Below are positions 61,360 through 64,000 of a stretch of 64,000 bases of DNA, one piece after another. Made by a program: the position numbers and the translations under genes. Each line of letters opens with the position of its first letter. Positions within the stretch are counted from its first letter, which is position 1. The DNA lies in assembly GCF_009914755.1 (NCBI RefSeq), contig NC_060927.1; one strand, 5' to 3'. The notes below the pieces were generated by a model. That model was not told where the DNA came from, searched no databases, and was given only the letters and a program-made list of their open reading frames with translations. This DNA is from the human T2T-CHM13v2.0 reference genome, Homo sapiens.

Positions 61360-61510
61360 ATATCTATATCTATATCTATATCTATTTCTATATCTATATC
61401 TATATCTATATCTATATCTGTATCTATTTGAGTTTCTAGATATATATCTATATCTCTGAGCTTATAGATATACAGAGATATATAGTTATATAGATATGGA
61501 TATATGTAGT
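61360..61510. repeat. (TATCTA)n / TA-rich simple repeat
   Basis: Seen directly; gives the spurious DIDIDI ORF. Confidence 0.9.
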
Positions 61511-63687
61511 TAAACATCTCTAATTTAAACCAGTCTCCTAGAGTAATGCAACATAGACAATCCACCTTATTTGGGATCAGTAAGGGGCCAATCTGTGTCT
61601 TACTCATCTTAGTGTTGCCAAGAGCCAAAATCTGGACTCAGTAAAGGTTTGTGTTGAATAATTATGATAATGTTAAAGTGTTAGAATGTTACATTGTGTG
61701 ATATGTTACCAACTTATTAAGAATCTGAGTTCTGATGAATTAGATGTTTATACGTTCTGTATATCTGCCAATGAAGTAGTTAAATCACCTTTATTTATCA
61801 GATGGAAAGTGCCTTGAAAGTTTGGCATTCTACGATTTGGCATAGTCTATGAAGCAAGTAAACACCAAAATCAACACATTTCCTGTGTAATCAAAAGTTC
61901 CTATACATTACTAGCAATTCTAAATTGTTTTGCTAATTGCACAGAAAGTCTACTAATGCCCAAAACATCAAGAACATACTAACAATCAATAGTAAAAGTA
62001 ATAGATTGTAAATACTTAAGTGGGAGAAAATTTTGCATGCTTTCCCTGCTAGAGACCAGAAAACATAAGTTTCATATCCTTTTACAAATGAAAGAGCATC
62101 CTACTTCTGTTTATGTTAACAGCTGGAGCTACCATTAATTTTATTTTGTTGTTCTCATACTCTTTATAGCTTGAGGCAATAATTCACTCAACTTGTGAAA
62201 TAGTTACATCACCAATTTTGATGCTCGGTATGTTTTCATGTGTATTTGGTGAATTTCTTTTAAATTATTAAGCATTTTTTTCTGCATTATGTGGGATAGA
62301 GGTAGTTTCAGTATTAAATAATCTAAATTCAGTGTAAGTCATAAACATAGCATTAAAACTTTTTTGATCTTTCTTATGGGATTGCTGTATTGTTATTTTT
62401 AAAGCTGTCACATAATTAGTAATTCTATAGCAGTTTTCTTATTCTAGAATGACAGAGTTTAGAAGTAGTCCACTGGTAAAATTTTTATATATTTAAAAAT
62501 ATAAATCGTAATGATCAGTATTTCAAATTTGCTACATTGTATTTAATTCTGGCTTTACCATAAAGCTATCTAATTTTTTCACATTCTAATGATTTATTAA
62601 TATATAGCTGACAAGATCGAAACCTATTCAATGATTATGCGTGTGTTGTATCATTTAACTTAGTATTTAAATGCTCATTGTTCTGAGCTGCAGCACAAGC
62701 AATCAATCATATATTGCTTAATTTGGAATAGAATTTGTTGAGGGATGTCACTTTTCTGGCTATCCCCGCCTCTAAAATAGTTACAATTAAGAATTTTATA
62801 AAGTTGATCATAAGTTTCACAATTCATGTATTTTCAGTAGCATATTCGTAAAGTTAAATTGGCATCAGTTTGGTAAAATGGCAGCATGCATTAAACTGTA
62901 TTTGTGGATAAGTCTTTTTCATAAGACACAGGAAACTATAAGCATTAGGGCAAGTAAAACTTTAAAAATAAAAACATGTAACTCAAATATGTAATTCTGT
63001 AATTCTTGCTTCATTCTTTTATTTCTTCCATTTAACAAAGCAAAACATTTTATCTCAGTCTGCCACATTCTAATCTTTTATTTTACTGACACTGTTTTGT
63101 GGGAGAGTATAAGAAGTTGATTAATATACCTGAGACAGACAGGATAAATCTCTATTGTGGTATCTGATGTAGAAGGGGCAACCGACTTCTGAGAGAGGCC
63201 ATCTAAGGAAATGTGTTTTCTGGATCTGAGACATCAAAATTATCTGGGGTTTTATTATAAAGTAAGAAATCTATGCCCATCACTCAAGATTTGATTTAGT
63301 ACAACTGAGTTGCACCTGGATATTAATCTTTGTTTACACACAGGTAATGTTAAGCATGCTAAAGTTTTGAAAAACACTGATACATTAATTCTTCATTTTT
63401 TTCTCGATTCTTTATCATATTGAATACCTAGAAATCAGCATTAACCTCATTCACAGTTTAATACTACAATATAACCATGAAGTGCATTTCTGTATATTGT
63501 ACAAAACAAACTGTTCAGGACATTGTACATTATATTTCTCAATGATCTTTACATGCCAATTCATATCAAACATTCTTTTAGAACTATAAAAGAAACAAGA
63601 AGATTTCTTGAAATAATGAATCTTTTTAATGTAAGAAGAAACATGCAATCAGCATCTTCATCTCTTTTTGCTTCGACAGTATGGAAC

Positions 63688-64000
63688 TGTGGTAGGCAAC
63701 CTCTAATATCCCTGCTTCTTGGTTACATACCCTTTGGAATACCCCTGCCTTGAGTATCAGTTGGATTACTACTTGCCTCTGACTAATAGAATACAGAATG
63801 ATTGATTGAATGTCACTTCTGAGATTAAGTTTTGAAAAGACTGTGACTTTCATCATGGGTGATCTCTCTCACTTGTTCCAAGGGAAGTCAAGTGTATGTT
63901 GTAAAGTACCCTCTGGATAGGCCTACATGGCAAGGATTTGAAGAAAGCCTCTGGTTAGCAGCTAGTGAGGAACTGAGATGCTGTTTCCAATAGCCTGCAA
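63688..64000 (+). mobile_element. MaLR LTR (MLT1F-like), cut by the window end
   Basis: Starts tgtggtaggcaacctctaa; tgtcacttctgagatta...aaaagactgtgacttt. Confidence 0.8.

Overview
Human genomic DNA: AT-rich and repeat-dense, with a consensus-identical AluYa5, a human-specific subfamily. The only recognisable host coding sequence is the 43-nt first coding exon of NAALADL2 (+ strand, ATG 16947, MGENEASLPNTSLQ-G, donor CAAG|GTAAGT at 16989/16990), identified from recall of the protein N-terminus. The rest is upstream sequence and the start of the large intron 1. It holds three old L1 elements (one internally deleted, one with a twin-priming 5' inversion, one near full-length), a Tigger3 split by nested insertions, MER44, MER46C and MER5 DNA elements, and an internally deleted two-LTR HERV-L provirus antisense to the gene. 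It also holds MaLR LTRs, 14 Alus and MIR/L2 fragments. Nearly all ORFs in the track are repeat or microsatellite artefacts. I see no new multi-gene system. The best leads are a candidate alternative/poison exon at 21352-21629 with its own phase-1 ATG, an alternative donor in the 5' UTR, three short locally templated duplications, DUX4-like motifs in the HERV-L 5' LTR, and an 83-nt inverted repeat. Repeat subfamily names and boundaries are by eye and approximate.
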